DNA from: a virus | Reading direction: 5' to 3' (one strand) | Virus record (IMG/VR): IMGVR_UViG_3300008110_000025 | Location: 1 to 64,000 of that record | DNA length: 64,000 nucleotides | In this document: piece by piece, positions 36,132 through 46,300 of the stretch | How the letters are laid out: the number at the start of each line of letters is the position of its first letter | Numbering within the stretch: position 1 is the stretch's first letter | Made by a program: the position numbers and the translations under genes | Notes under the pieces: generated by a model | Databases searched by the model: none | Seen by the model: only the letters and a program-made list of their open reading frames with translations | What the model was told of the DNA's origin: nothing

Positions 36132-37412
36132 ATGTCTACAATCTCAGCCTTAAATACATTAGTTAAATCAGGAGTAGTTGCTACAGACTATCTGTTAGTA
36201 GCTAGAACTAGTCCTGTAGGAAATAACAGATTTGTACTTCAAGATCTGTTTCCTAGTGTTAACACTGTTGGTACTTCTAGTGAAACTCTAGTAATCAATG
36301 TAACAGATAAGAACACTATTAACTTTAAGGGAATTAAATCACTAAGCAATTTGCTTACCGTATCTACAGCTAGTAGCAATATTACTTTACAAGTTAATCC
36401 AGCAAACATTGATTTATCTACTTGTAATAACACTACATCTGGATTCCTAAGTACAGTAAGCTTAACTACTAATGTAACTGGAACATTGCCAGTAGCTAAT
36501 GGTGGTACTGGAGCTACTACTCTAACTGCTAATGGTTTAATTCTTGGTAATGGTACAGGTGCCTTTACTAGTTTGGGAGCTGCAACAAATGGTCAAATTC
36601 CAATTGGAAGAACTTCATTGGGTCCTGTGCTAGGAACACTAACAGCTGGTTCTAACATTACCATTACTAATGGACTTGGAACAATAACTATTGATGCTAC
36701 AGTATCTTCAGCTAGTTCTAGCTTCAACATGAACGGATATAACTTATTCGGTTCAAACTGGATTAGTGGAGATGGTGCTAACGAAGGAATTAACATCAAT
36801 TCTAGTGGTAGAGTATTCATAGGAGCTACTACCCCAGCTAGTACTTTCCACGTTGGGGATTTGAACATTAACCAAGATATTTACCTCAATGGTTCTATTC
36901 CACAGGTAATCCAGGGAACTACTGCTTCTTCTCCATCAAGTCTTACAATTGCAGCATCTACTGCTACAGCCGCTAATGCTGGTGGAACTCTTTATTTAAG
37001 AGGAGGAAACTCAGTAGGTATTAACCAAGGTGGATCAGTTATATTTAATACTGGTAATCACGACGGTACTGGTACTTCTGGGGACTTTGAATTCTTTGGA
37101 TATAACTCTTCAGCAGTAGCTCAGAGAATACTTACTCTTAAAGGAACTAGCAGATATGTAGGTATTACTAATGCATCTCCATCTGCCCCACTCGATATTA
37201 AGCAAGATGATTCTGCAGCAAATGTCCCAGTTTTAGAACTTGAACAGCTTGACACAGACGAATCTTTTATTAACTTTGTCGGTACTAGTGGTGTAGCTAG
37301 TGCTAACTCGGTATCTAGTTCAACAGGAACAGCTGGTAATAAAGTTGGAGCAATACGAATTAAAGTTAATGGAGTTGTTAGATGGATTAGACTCCATGAT
37401 AGTGCAGAATAA
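36132..37412 (+). CDS. tail fibre protein
   Basis: MSTISAL N-terminus; VTGTLPVANGGTGATTL, LTAGSNITIT and VGITNASPSAPLDI fibre motifs; IKVNGVVRWI end. Confidence 0.8.
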   Translation: MSTISALNTLVKSGVVATDYLLVARTSPVGNNRFVLQDLFPSVNTVGTSSETLVINVTDKNTINFKGIKSLSNLLTVSTASSNITLQVNPANIDLSTCNNTTSGFLSTVSLTTNVTGTLPVANGGTGATTLTANGLILGNGTGAFTSLGAATNGQIPIGRTSLGPVLGTLTAGSNITITNGLGTITIDATVSSASSSFNMNGYNLFGSNWISGDGANEGININSSGRVFIGATTPASTFHVGDLNINQDIYLNGSIPQVIQGTTASSPSSLTIAASTATAANAGGTLYLRGGNSVGINQGGSVIFNTGNHDGTGTSGDFEFFGYNSSAVAQRILTLKGTSRYVGITNASPSAPLDIKQDDSAANVPVLELEQLDTDESFINFVGTSGVASANSVSSSTGTAGNKVGAIRIKVNGVVRWIRLHDSAE

Positions 37413-37437
37413 TTTTTTATAAATAAACCAAATAATC

Positions 37438-37866
37438 ATGATTAATTCAAAAGAAAAGTATGGTACACATGTTACCGCTACTAACAGAGAATTTTTGAAC
37501 ATTTTTAAAACCCTTAGTGACACTAGGTCAGTAAAGGGAGTTAATTACGCTAAGGCAGTTATCAAGAATCTGCAAGTTATTAAAGAGCACTTGCAGCCTA
37601 TTGAAGAAATGGCTTTGCCATCTGAGGAGTTCATTGAACTTTCTGTAAAAGCCCAAGAGTTTATTAATAAAGAAGACTCTGAGGGACTCGAAAAGTTTGA
37701 AAGTGAAAACAAAGAACTGATTGAGAAAAGAAAGAAGCAAATGGATGAAGTCAATGCAAAGCTTGATGAGATAACTACGGTAGAGCTTGTAATGATTGAA
37801 GAAAAAGTTTTACCAGAGGACATCTCAGCTGAGCAAATTGAAGCTCTGATGAAGATCATCCAATGA
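37438..37866 (+). CDS. putative fibre assembly chaperone / hypothetical
   Basis: Charged helical 142 aa directly after a fibre gene. Confidence 0.55.
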   Translation: MINSKEKYGTHVTATNREFLNIFKTLSDTRSVKGVNYAKAVIKNLQVIKEHLQPIEEMALPSEEFIELSVKAQEFINKEDSEGLEKFESENKELIEKRKKQMDEVNAKLDEITTVELVMIEEKVLPEDISAEQIEALMKIIQ

Positions 37867-39011
37867 CAATAAAGAAGCTTGTTGAAGAACTAAAAGTTAA
37901 ACCAGGTTACTTAAAAAGTAGCCCAACCAGAGTAGCATCTAGATTTAAAGTATCTGTTGATGTTGCTATAAGAGCTATCAGGGAGGCTAAGCAACTAGGA
38001 AAAACAGTTGACAGTCTCCCTGATTTAGCTAATTCAAATAGTAATTATAATGTAATTACAGAATTTGAACAGTATTTAATTAAGAACCAGATCTCAAAAG
38101 AGGATGTATCCTCAGTTAAGTTCTGGCAGACAATGGGAGGAGAGCAACGGTTCTCCGTCGTAACTAAATCTGGATTATCTGTTGAAGAGGTTAAAAAGGA
38201 GATAGAAGAGTTTGCAGCAAACTATAGCCCAAAAGTATTTAAGCAGACTCCTCCACCAGACTCAAAAGATGCAGTAGCTTACGAAATATCCCTACCTGAC
38301 ATACATTACGGAAAACTTACAGATCTTTCTATTGAAGGAATGGAGGCCCAGTTTTTAGACACTATACAGAGTCTAATGTATAAGGCCAAAGGTTTAAACA
38401 TTCAGAAGATCATCCTTCCTATCGGGAATGATGGATTAAATTCAGAAGGTTTAAGAATGACCACAACCAAAGGAACTCCACAGCATGATGCTATAGGATG
38501 GAGAGAAACCTTTAGAGGATACTGTGAATTAGTTGTTAGAGGTATTGACTATCTCAAAAAGTTTGCACCCGTAGATGTTATTGTAGTATCAGGGAATCAC
38601 GACTTTGAAAGAATGTTTTATGCAGGGGACTTTATAAAAGGCTGGTATAGAAATGACAAGAATGTCACAGTTAATAACAGCAGTGCAAGTAGGAAGTATA
38701 TAGAATTCGGGGTAAATATGATAATGTATACTCACGGAGATAAAGAGAAAGCTTCTGAAATGCCTCTAATTATGGCAACTGAGAAACCAGAGATGTTTGC
38801 CAGATGCCCAGTTAGAGAAGTACATTGTGGCCATTTGCATAAAGAAATGGTAAACGAGTACAGGGGAGTTAAAGTAAGATTTATCCCCTCCATTTGTGCT
38901 AATGATGACTGGCACAAAACTATGGGATACGAGTCATTGAGAGTAGCCCAAGGATATATTTGGAGTTATGAGAATGGCTTAGAAGGATACCTACAAAGTA
39001 ACGTGAAATGA
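37863..39011 (+). CDS. calcineurin-like metallophosphoesterase
   Basis: DIHYG, GND, GNHD, THGD and GHLH motifs. Confidence 0.9.
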   Translation: MTIKKLVEELKVKPGYLKSSPTRVASRFKVSVDVAIRAIREAKQLGKTVDSLPDLANSNSNYNVITEFEQYLIKNQISKEDVSSVKFWQTMGGEQRFSVVTKSGLSVEEVKKEIEEFAANYSPKVFKQTPPPDSKDAVAYEISLPDIHYGKLTDLSIEGMEAQFLDTIQSLMYKAKGLNIQKIILPIGNDGLNSEGLRMTTTKGTPQHDAIGWRETFRGYCELVVRGIDYLKKFAPVDVIVVSGNHDFERMFYAGDFIKGWYRNDKNVTVNNSSASRKYIEFGVNMIMYTHGDKEKASEMPLIMATEKPEMFARCPVREVHCGHLHKEMVNEYRGVKVRFIPSICANDDWHKTMGYESLRVAQGYIWSYENGLEGYLQSNVK

Positions 39012-39316
39012 TTAACTACAATAACGATACTGATGATGATGATTTTGAAAGATCTATGGATGAATTCTTAGAGAAGGTTGCATCTATAGATTCTTGCTAT
39101 AATAATGGATATAAGCTTATTACTAACAAAAGAACTCTAGCAGAGTTAACTGAAGAGAAACTTGTAGTAATATTCCCTTTTAATCCAAAACAAAGAGAAT
39201 CATTCTTGAAAGTAGCTGATCTAATGATTAACTACTTTGCAAGTACGGAAGAATATGAAAAGTGTGCAGACTTAGTAAAAGTAAAAAAAGAGATAGAAAA
39301 TAGTAATAGTAACTAA
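39008..39316 (+). CDS. hypothetical protein with C-terminal UVR-like motif
   Basis: YFASTEEYEKCADL. Confidence 0.7.
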   Translation: MINYNNDTDDDDFERSMDEFLEKVASIDSCYNNGYKLITNKRTLAELTEEKLVVIFPFNPKQRESFLKVADLMINYFASTEEYEKCADLVKVKKEIENSNSN

Positions 39317-39327
39317 TACTGTAAGTA

Positions 39328-40041
39328 ATGACATTAGATGAGATTGCATATAACCTGCTGAATGCCTTTAGAGGAGGTAGATCATCGCAGGATGAGAATA
39401 TCTCTTTAGACCAAATTAAGTTCAACATTAGGCACTATCGTGCTGTATTCATTCGTAGAGACTATGCTCGTAATGGACTAATTACTAGACACCTAGAGCA
39501 AGACTTAAGATGTGTACAACTAGAGAAAGTTGACATGTCTAAGTGCTGTAACATCACTATTGACTGTCCTGCCTATAGAACAGTTAAGAAAATTCCAAGA
39601 ACTGTACGATTTAACTTCGAAGAAGCTATCACCTATGTAGGAGATATCACTGGTACTAACAGATACCAAATGATTAGACCTTACGAGGTACCTTTCATTG
39701 CATCAGATAAGTTTACTAAAAATAATCCTAAAGCTTACATGATTGAGGATTATCTTTATATCCTCAATAATAAAGGGGCTGACTATGTCAACATTAGAGG
39801 TGTGTTCGAATCTCCTGAAGAGGCTTCTACTTTTAGTGATTGTTCTGGTGCTCCTTGTTATACAGATGCTTCCGAGTTTCCTATGCCTATGGATATGGTA
39901 CAGGCTATTACTCAGGGAATGATGTCTGGAGAACTTAGACTTTTAGCTGGTACTTTACCAGATATAACTACAGATAGAATGAAAGATGCAAGCCCAAACA
40001 TACCTAATGCCCAACCACCGCAACATCCTCAACAGATATAA
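39328..40041 (+). CDS. putative tail ring protein
   Basis: MTLDEIAY...QIKFNIRHYRA...YLYI...IRGVFESP pattern. Confidence 0.7.
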   Translation: MTLDEIAYNLLNAFRGGRSSQDENISLDQIKFNIRHYRAVFIRRDYARNGLITRHLEQDLRCVQLEKVDMSKCCNITIDCPAYRTVKKIPRTVRFNFEEAITYVGDITGTNRYQMIRPYEVPFIASDKFTKNNPKAYMIEDYLYILNNKGADYVNIRGVFESPEEASTFSDCSGAPCYTDASEFPMPMDMVQAITQGMMSGELRLLAGTLPDITTDRMKDASPNIPNAQPPQHPQQI

Positions 40042-40043
40042 CA

Positions 40044-40313
40044 ATGGCTAAATCACCTGCTTGGCAACGTAAGTCTGGCAAAAATCCTAAAGGAGGATTG
40101 AATGCCAAAGGAAGAGCTTCTTATAGAGCAGCTAATCCTGGGTCTAAATTAAGTGCCCCACAACCTGGAGGAGGAAAAAGACGAGATTCATTCTGCAATA
40201 GAATGTGTGGAATGAAACGTAGACTGACTAGTGCAGCTACTGCTAATGATCCTAATTCACGAATCAACAAATCCCTCAGAGTTTGGAGATGTGGGAGTTG
40301 TTCAAACTGGTAA
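40044..40313 (+). CDS. small basic phage protein (DUF6321-like)
   Basis: AWQRKSGKNPKGGLNAKGRASY...RRDSFCNRM...SRINKSLRVWRC. Confidence 0.75.
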   Translation: MAKSPAWQRKSGKNPKGGLNAKGRASYRAANPGSKLSAPQPGGGKRRDSFCNRMCGMKRRLTSAATANDPNSRINKSLRVWRCGSCSNW

Positions 40314-40316
40314 ACT

Positions 40317-40544
40317 ATGAAACACTTTGATATAGACGAGATGACAGATCATTTGGAATGGGTGGGGCTGAATGCTATATGGGCAGGATGGACTTGGGCA
40401 ATGCTAACTAACTCTATAACCTGGATACTAGGATTTATAGGGGCAATTACACTTATTTGGTTTAACATAGAACGTGCTTTGACTGCTAGAAAACAAAGAG
40501 CCATGTTCGATAAAAAATTACAAGACAATGAAGAAAATGCTTAA
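40317..40544 (+). CDS. small membrane protein (holin-like)
   Basis: Two hydrophobic segments and a charged C-terminus. Confidence 0.65.
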   Translation: MKHFDIDEMTDHLEWVGLNAIWAGWTWAMLTNSITWILGFIGAITLIWFNIERALTARKQRAMFDKKLQDNEENA

Positions 40545-41256
40545 AAGAGCTGATGGCTCTAAAAGTCGAAGAGGTCTCTGGGATAACATCAGAGCTAAAG
40601 CCGCAGCTAATAAAAAGTCAGGCAAGAAAGGTAAAGCTCCTAGTAAAGACATGCTTGAGCAAGAAGCTAAGATTAAAGCTGAGATGAAAATGGGAGGTGA
40701 CTGGATGCAAGGTTCTAAAGAACTTAAGTTTGGTGGACCTACTAAATACCAAACTGCAGGTGTCGATGGGACTGTAACTCCTACTTATACTAAGTTTACT
40801 GTTACTCCAACAGAACCTGAGAAGAAAGAAAAAGCAAAACTATCAGGAGAATCTAGGGGTGGTAGAACAGCTGGATCAGGTTCAAACTTTGGGCAAAAAG
40901 ATATATGTGTAGGAAAAGGTTGTGATAAAGTAATAGCTGCAGGTTCTAATGATGCAGGTTACCAGGGTAAAGGAGCTACAGGTCTTTCTACAAAACCACA
41001 ATATGCAGATAGATTAGCTAATCTAACTGAGGAAGAAAGAATTGCAGGAATTGAAAATAAAGCTAAATACGATGCAATAGCTGAGGCTAGTATAGCTGAT
41101 AGAAAACGAGAAGCTTTTATAAGAAGTGGTAAAGGAATGAGAAGTACTGGAACAGAGGATACTTCAGAAGCTCTATTTACTAAATACGATTATAAACCAA
41201 ATTTTAGAGAAAGTCTAAAAAAATTCGGGGGTAAAAGAAAATCTAATAAGAAATAA
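40528..41256 (+). CDS. basic, low-complexity putative internal head protein
   Basis: KRADGS.SRRGLWDNIR N-terminus; repeated MGG/FGG motifs. Confidence 0.75.
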   Translation: MKKMLKRADGSKSRRGLWDNIRAKAAANKKSGKKGKAPSKDMLEQEAKIKAEMKMGGDWMQGSKELKFGGPTKYQTAGVDGTVTPTYTKFTVTPTEPEKKEKAKLSGESRGGRTAGSGSNFGQKDICVGKGCDKVIAAGSNDAGYQGKGATGLSTKPQYADRLANLTEEERIAGIENKAKYDAIAEASIADRKREAFIRSGKGMRSTGTEDTSEALFTKYDYKPNFRESLKKFGGKRKSNKK

Positions 41257-41257
41257 A

Positions 41258-41929
41258 ATGAAATCAAAGAAGTCACTATACAAGAAAGGATCTTTTATGG
41301 AAGATCCTAAAGAACTGGAATTTGGTAAATTGTCAGTTAAAGCAGGTATTGACAAGAATCCTGGTGTTAGTGCTGCAGATAAAATTGCAGGAGCTAAAAT
41401 GAACTCTGGTAACAAAAAGATGATGGGTGGCAAAATGGACTACAAGAAAGGTGGTAAGTCTATGAAACCAGGTGGTGGTGGAAGATTTGCTGCTATGGTT
41501 GGCAAACTTAAAGGCCAAGGTAAATCAGAAGATTCTGCTAAAGCTATTGCTGCTTCTATCGGAAGAAAGAAGTATGGCAAGTCTAAGTTCCAAGCTATGG
41601 CTGCTGCTGGAAAGTCTAAGAAACAAACTGGAGGTCCCGACGAAGAAACAGGTAGAGCTGGCAAAGTTCAAGCCCGTGCTGAAAAAGTAATGGGTAAAGC
41701 AAAAGCTTCATGGACTAAAGCTGAAGCTACTAAGTCATTCGATAAAACTAAGGAAGCAAGAAACTTTGCTCAAGATGAATTCGGAATGAATGCAGCTAGA
41801 AAAGCTAACCAACTGTATAACAGAGCTGAACGTCAGGAGAAGAGAGCTGAACGACTAATGGAAAAATCTCAGTATCTAAAAGCTTCTAAGCCATCTAAAC
41901 AGAAGATGGGTGGTAAAAAGAAATGTTAA
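41258..41929 (+). CDS. very basic putative internal head/DNA-condensing protein
   Basis: Lys/Gly/Ala-rich; GGGGRF...AASIGRKKYG; repeated xxGG motifs. Confidence 0.75.
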   Translation: MKSKKSLYKKGSFMEDPKELEFGKLSVKAGIDKNPGVSAADKIAGAKMNSGNKKMMGGKMDYKKGGKSMKPGGGGRFAAMVGKLKGQGKSEDSAKAIAASIGRKKYGKSKFQAMAAAGKSKKQTGGPDEETGRAGKVQARAEKVMGKAKASWTKAEATKSFDKTKEARNFAQDEFGMNAARKANQLYNRAERQEKRAERLMEKSQYLKASKPSKQKMGGKKKC

Positions 41930-41934
41930 TTTGA

Positions 41935-42450
41935 ATGCAAACCAAATCACATACAATTAGAGCTATATACAAGACCTACTCAAATGATGTTGACAGTGAA
42001 ATAGAATACAGAGCTTTTGCTGATATATGCTCAGAGTTTAACATCTTGTTATTTGATGAGTTACTACTAGGATATGAGTTTAACATGCAAAGTAACCTAG
42101 GAACTATATCAGTTAGAAGAGTAGACAGAGATCCAAGAAAACTACAAATTGACTGGGGAGAGACTACTAAGTATAAACAAGAACTGATTGACAAAGGAGT
42201 AGAACTTTACGATAGCACTACAGGAGAGGGAGAGAAATGGCACATTTACTATACTGATAAGTACTACTGTAAATACCATTGGACGAAGCACAGAGCTAAG
42301 ATTAAAAATAAAACGGCCTATAGATTTGATGCCACTCGTGGAGTAAAGGGAAATAAGGAAAAGCTTATAGCCCTTTTACAAAGTGATGACATGGCTTATC
42401 TAAGGTTTAAAAAGTACATTCCTTTTAAATATAAAAACAATGGTGTATAA
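41935..42450 (+). CDS. IHF-like protein of the crAss-like tail module
   Basis: NLGTISVRR...IDWGET...IYY...KYHW; position before the tail tube gene. Confidence 0.65.
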   Translation: MQTKSHTIRAIYKTYSNDVDSEIEYRAFADICSEFNILLFDELLLGYEFNMQSNLGTISVRRVDRDPRKLQIDWGETTKYKQELIDKGVELYDSTTGEGEKWHIYYTDKYYCKYHWTKHRAKIKNKTAYRFDATRGVKGNKEKLIALLQSDDMAYLRFKKYIPFKYKNNGV

Positions 42451-43336
42451 ACTGGCATCTAGTAAGACTATCATTAGAAAAGTTATGAGGGACTTAAAAC
42501 CTCCTGGAGATAACTGGATTGATGATGCAGTAGAATGGATGGGGGAAGCACTAGAGCATATTGGCTCTGCTCCTCAACTTAGTCAAAAAGGATGTGTACT
42601 TACTGTCAGTAACTTTAAAGCATTGATGCCTACGGATTTGTATTACATCAATCAAGTGGCAGTTAACAATGCAGTTAATCCATCAGTAGCTGTAGAGCTT
42701 ACCGAATTACTAGAAAAAGTAGACACTCTTAATGCTCAGATCCTAGCTGACCCAAATGATAGCATCTCATTTAACTACCAACTTAGGGACTTGAATGCTA
42801 GAATAGTGGTTCTTGAGAACTTGTATATGAATACAGGTCAGCCACTAACTCCACTTCAATATGGTACAGGGACATTCCCTGCTAGTCTTGACTGTGAGGA
42901 TTGTCAGAATATGTATGGGATAACTAAGCCTAGTTATACAGTTGATGGGGACTACATTAAAACTTCATTCCAAGATGGGGCTGTATGCTTGAGTTACACA
43001 GCATTCCCAGTGGATGAAGATTGCTTCCCAATGGTTCCAGATGATATCAGCTTTAAAGAAGCTATGTTCTGGTATATATATAAGCAAATGCTTATGGGTG
43101 GATATACTCCATCTATGAATGGTATTGACTATGACTTTGCCGATGCTAAGTGGAAGTTCTATTGTTCACAAGCTAGAAACCAATCTAACTTCCCAAGTAT
43201 TGATAAGTACGAATCATTCATGAACCAGTGGGTTCGTCTTGTACCTAACTTGAACAGACATGCTAACTTCTTCGAGAACCTTGGCACTCGTGAAACTTTA
43301 GATAGAGGAAGATATACTAATTACGGAATTCTTTAA
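42440..43336 (+). CDS. tail tubular/ring protein
   Basis: VEWMGEALEHIG, YIKTSFQDG, YTAFPVDEDCFPMVPD; position before the tail stabilisation gene. Confidence 0.8.
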   Translation: MVYKLASSKTIIRKVMRDLKPPGDNWIDDAVEWMGEALEHIGSAPQLSQKGCVLTVSNFKALMPTDLYYINQVAVNNAVNPSVAVELTELLEKVDTLNAQILADPNDSISFNYQLRDLNARIVVLENLYMNTGQPLTPLQYGTGTFPASLDCEDCQNMYGITKPSYTVDGDYIKTSFQDGAVCLSYTAFPVDEDCFPMVPDDISFKEAMFWYIYKQMLMGGYTPSMNGIDYDFADAKWKFYCSQARNQSNFPSIDKYESFMNQWVRLVPNLNRHANFFENLGTRETLDRGRYTNYGIL

Positions 43337-43345
43337 GATTAAACT

Positions 43346-46300
43346 ATGGCAGAGAGTTTAAAGTTTTTAAAAGGTATGTTTAAAGATTCTGGTAGGCTAG
43401 ACCAACCAGAAAATACTTATAGAGATGCTCTTAATCTTATCATTGATGAGAAAAAGAACTTAGTAGCTAATGAGTATGGTACTGAGTACATAGGTAATTT
43501 AGTGTATACCTATTATGAGTTTGGAGATCCAGTAGACGTACAGTTATCCCCTATAGGAACTATTAAGCTTGACGATAATAGTTTAATAGTATTTGCAACA
43601 AATACACTCCCACGAAATATAGCAACTGCAGTTGGTGTTCCAAGTGAAATTGTTGATATGGTGTATTCAGCCATATTTAAAGTAGTACCTAATTCTAAAA
43701 CGGTAACTCTACTATACATTACAATATCTCCGCTTATTCCTCAGCCACTTGCAGCTAGAGGGTTTCCTAATGAACACCTAAACTTCGATACTAATCATCC
43801 TATAACTGGAGAATTCAGACTATCTCCATCTGGTGATATTCTTGTTTACTTCACAGATAATAAATACAAGATTACTGTAGATCCTAGCACACAGATAGAG
43901 TATGTAGAAAACTACAATCCACCTAGAGTATTCAATGTTAGCAGACAGGAACGAGCTTTAGCTGCTGGATCTGATTCAGATGTATTATATGGAGATACTA
44001 TTAAAACACCTGTTTTATTGAATGTCTTCATGGAAACCCCAGTTATACCTACTCTAGAATCTATACAGGTACTAGAAGGAGGAGCTTTAGAGATTGGGGC
44101 ATACTATCTAGGACTTGCATTAGCAGATGAGGATTTAACTGAAACTAATGTAGTTACTGTCTTTAATCCAGTATACATTGTTCCAGATTCAGATGCATCA
44201 GTTCCTTATGAAATGATTAGTGGAGCTCCTATAGGAACTCAAACTAATAAACTTATTAGTTGGAGACTAAGTTCTACAACAAAGATAATTCAGTATAAAT
44301 ACATAGTCCCATATATAATTAAGTATAGTGGTAACTCTTTGCTGGCCTATAAGTTAAATCCAATAGAGACAGGAAATGATGTAACCATAATTTATACAGG
44401 ACTAGAAAGAGCTCAAGGTGCATCTCCAAGTGAAGTAGTACTTGATAAAGTAAAATACTTAGCAGCTAAGTCTATTACCCAACTAGATAACAAGCTATAT
44501 ATGGCTAATCTAGTAGGTAGAAAAGATATTGGATATCAGAGATTTGCTAATAATATTAAACTTAATACTATAATACTTGAGCAACCAAACTTTGATGTTA
44601 GACACTATGATATAGTAAATCTTAATTATGGTTATTCTAAAATGATCTTCCCAGATCAACCTGCTTTTAGTAATAACGATAGACTAACTGGTACATGGCC
44701 AAAGTTTGAATGGTTAACTACTAGAGAAGGTTTAGTAGATGCTTACATAAACCAAGTTATTAGACCATTGCAAAATGGTGTTGGAGCTGTTAATGGTTAT
44801 AGAAATCCTTACTTTAATACATTCTATAAAGGATATAGAAGAGGAGAGATTTATGCTTTCTATATCTCATTTGTTCTTAAAGATGGAAGTGAAACTTATG
44901 CATATCATATACCTGGAAGACCTGCTTTTCCTGGAGAAGATGCATTATTTAATGGCAACTTAGCTGTTGATGATGGATACACTATATTTAAACCACAAGA
45001 GATATCTTCTATAGATTCTCAAGCTTATGTGTATCAGTATATAGATACGAGTTTACCTATACCCCCACCTCCTCAAACTTATCCCAGTCTAAGTGATGTA
45101 AGTACTTTTGGAGGTTCTGGAAGTTTAAGGATGTTTATTCCCCCATTTCCACAGCAAATGGAACTTATGGGGCAAAATATAGTTATAACTAATGCTTTAG
45201 GACAAACAAATACTAGACTGTGTACTGGGGTTATACCTTTATCTGATAATAGTCCAAATACTAGATTAAACTTTAGTACTGCATTTACATTTGATTTTAG
45301 GGCAGCAGCAGGAGGATATATAACGTATTACCCATCATCGGATGGATCATCTGATAAGAGTACTGCATATTGGAAAAATCTAAACGAATATTACCCAAAT
45401 ACAGACGACTTTGATGTTTGGGATGTAGACTCTACTGGTGCTGGAGTAGTAAATCCTGCAGGTATTACTCTTAGAGGAAGTAATGTAAGACATCATAAAA
45501 TGCCATCTAACCATAGGGCAGATAGATCTTATATTCTTAGAGATGTGGATTTTAGTAGTCCCGATACCACACCAGGAGGTGGATTAGATGTTACTAGAGA
45601 TAGTATAGATTTTAGAGAAACGGTTAGAATACTAGGAATACAACTAGAAAATATAAAGATTCCTAAATTCATCTTAGGCCAAGTTCAAGGGTATAAAGTA
45701 TACTACGCTAAAAGAACTCAGCAAAATAAAACTATCCTTGGTCAAAGTGGTGTACATCCAGCTACTCCCTATCTAGCAGCTAACCTAAATAACACTAGAT
45801 CAAAAGCATCTAGTGGTCCATTCTACAACATATGGTTGCTAGAAGGACACCATAAAACTGGGGGAGTTCATACACGTAATGCTTTATGGGTTCCATTACA
45901 GGCTCAGCCAAACCAACCTTTAAGACCTGGTCAGTACTTAGCTCAGCCTGTACTTAAGTTCCATGATTTTAACTTATTAAGAACTAAGACAACTATAACT
46001 CCAGCTACTCACATAGATATACAGTATGTAGTGACTATGCAAAACTGGACTGGTGGATATAAAGGAGCTAGAAGAGTAGAGCCTCCTGGAGAAACATCTA
46101 CTGTACCTACAAACCCTGGTGGTAGCCGTGTTACTTATTACACATCTTTAAGATCTGGAAGTGGGGATGATGAGTATGCATGGGTGCATCCAGACCTAGG
46201 AAATACAGTTAACTTTAATGCTAGTACTACGTCTCAATATAGAGATATACTAGGTCCACAAGTTCTTTGGGGAAATGTATACATAGGTGCTATGTACAAT

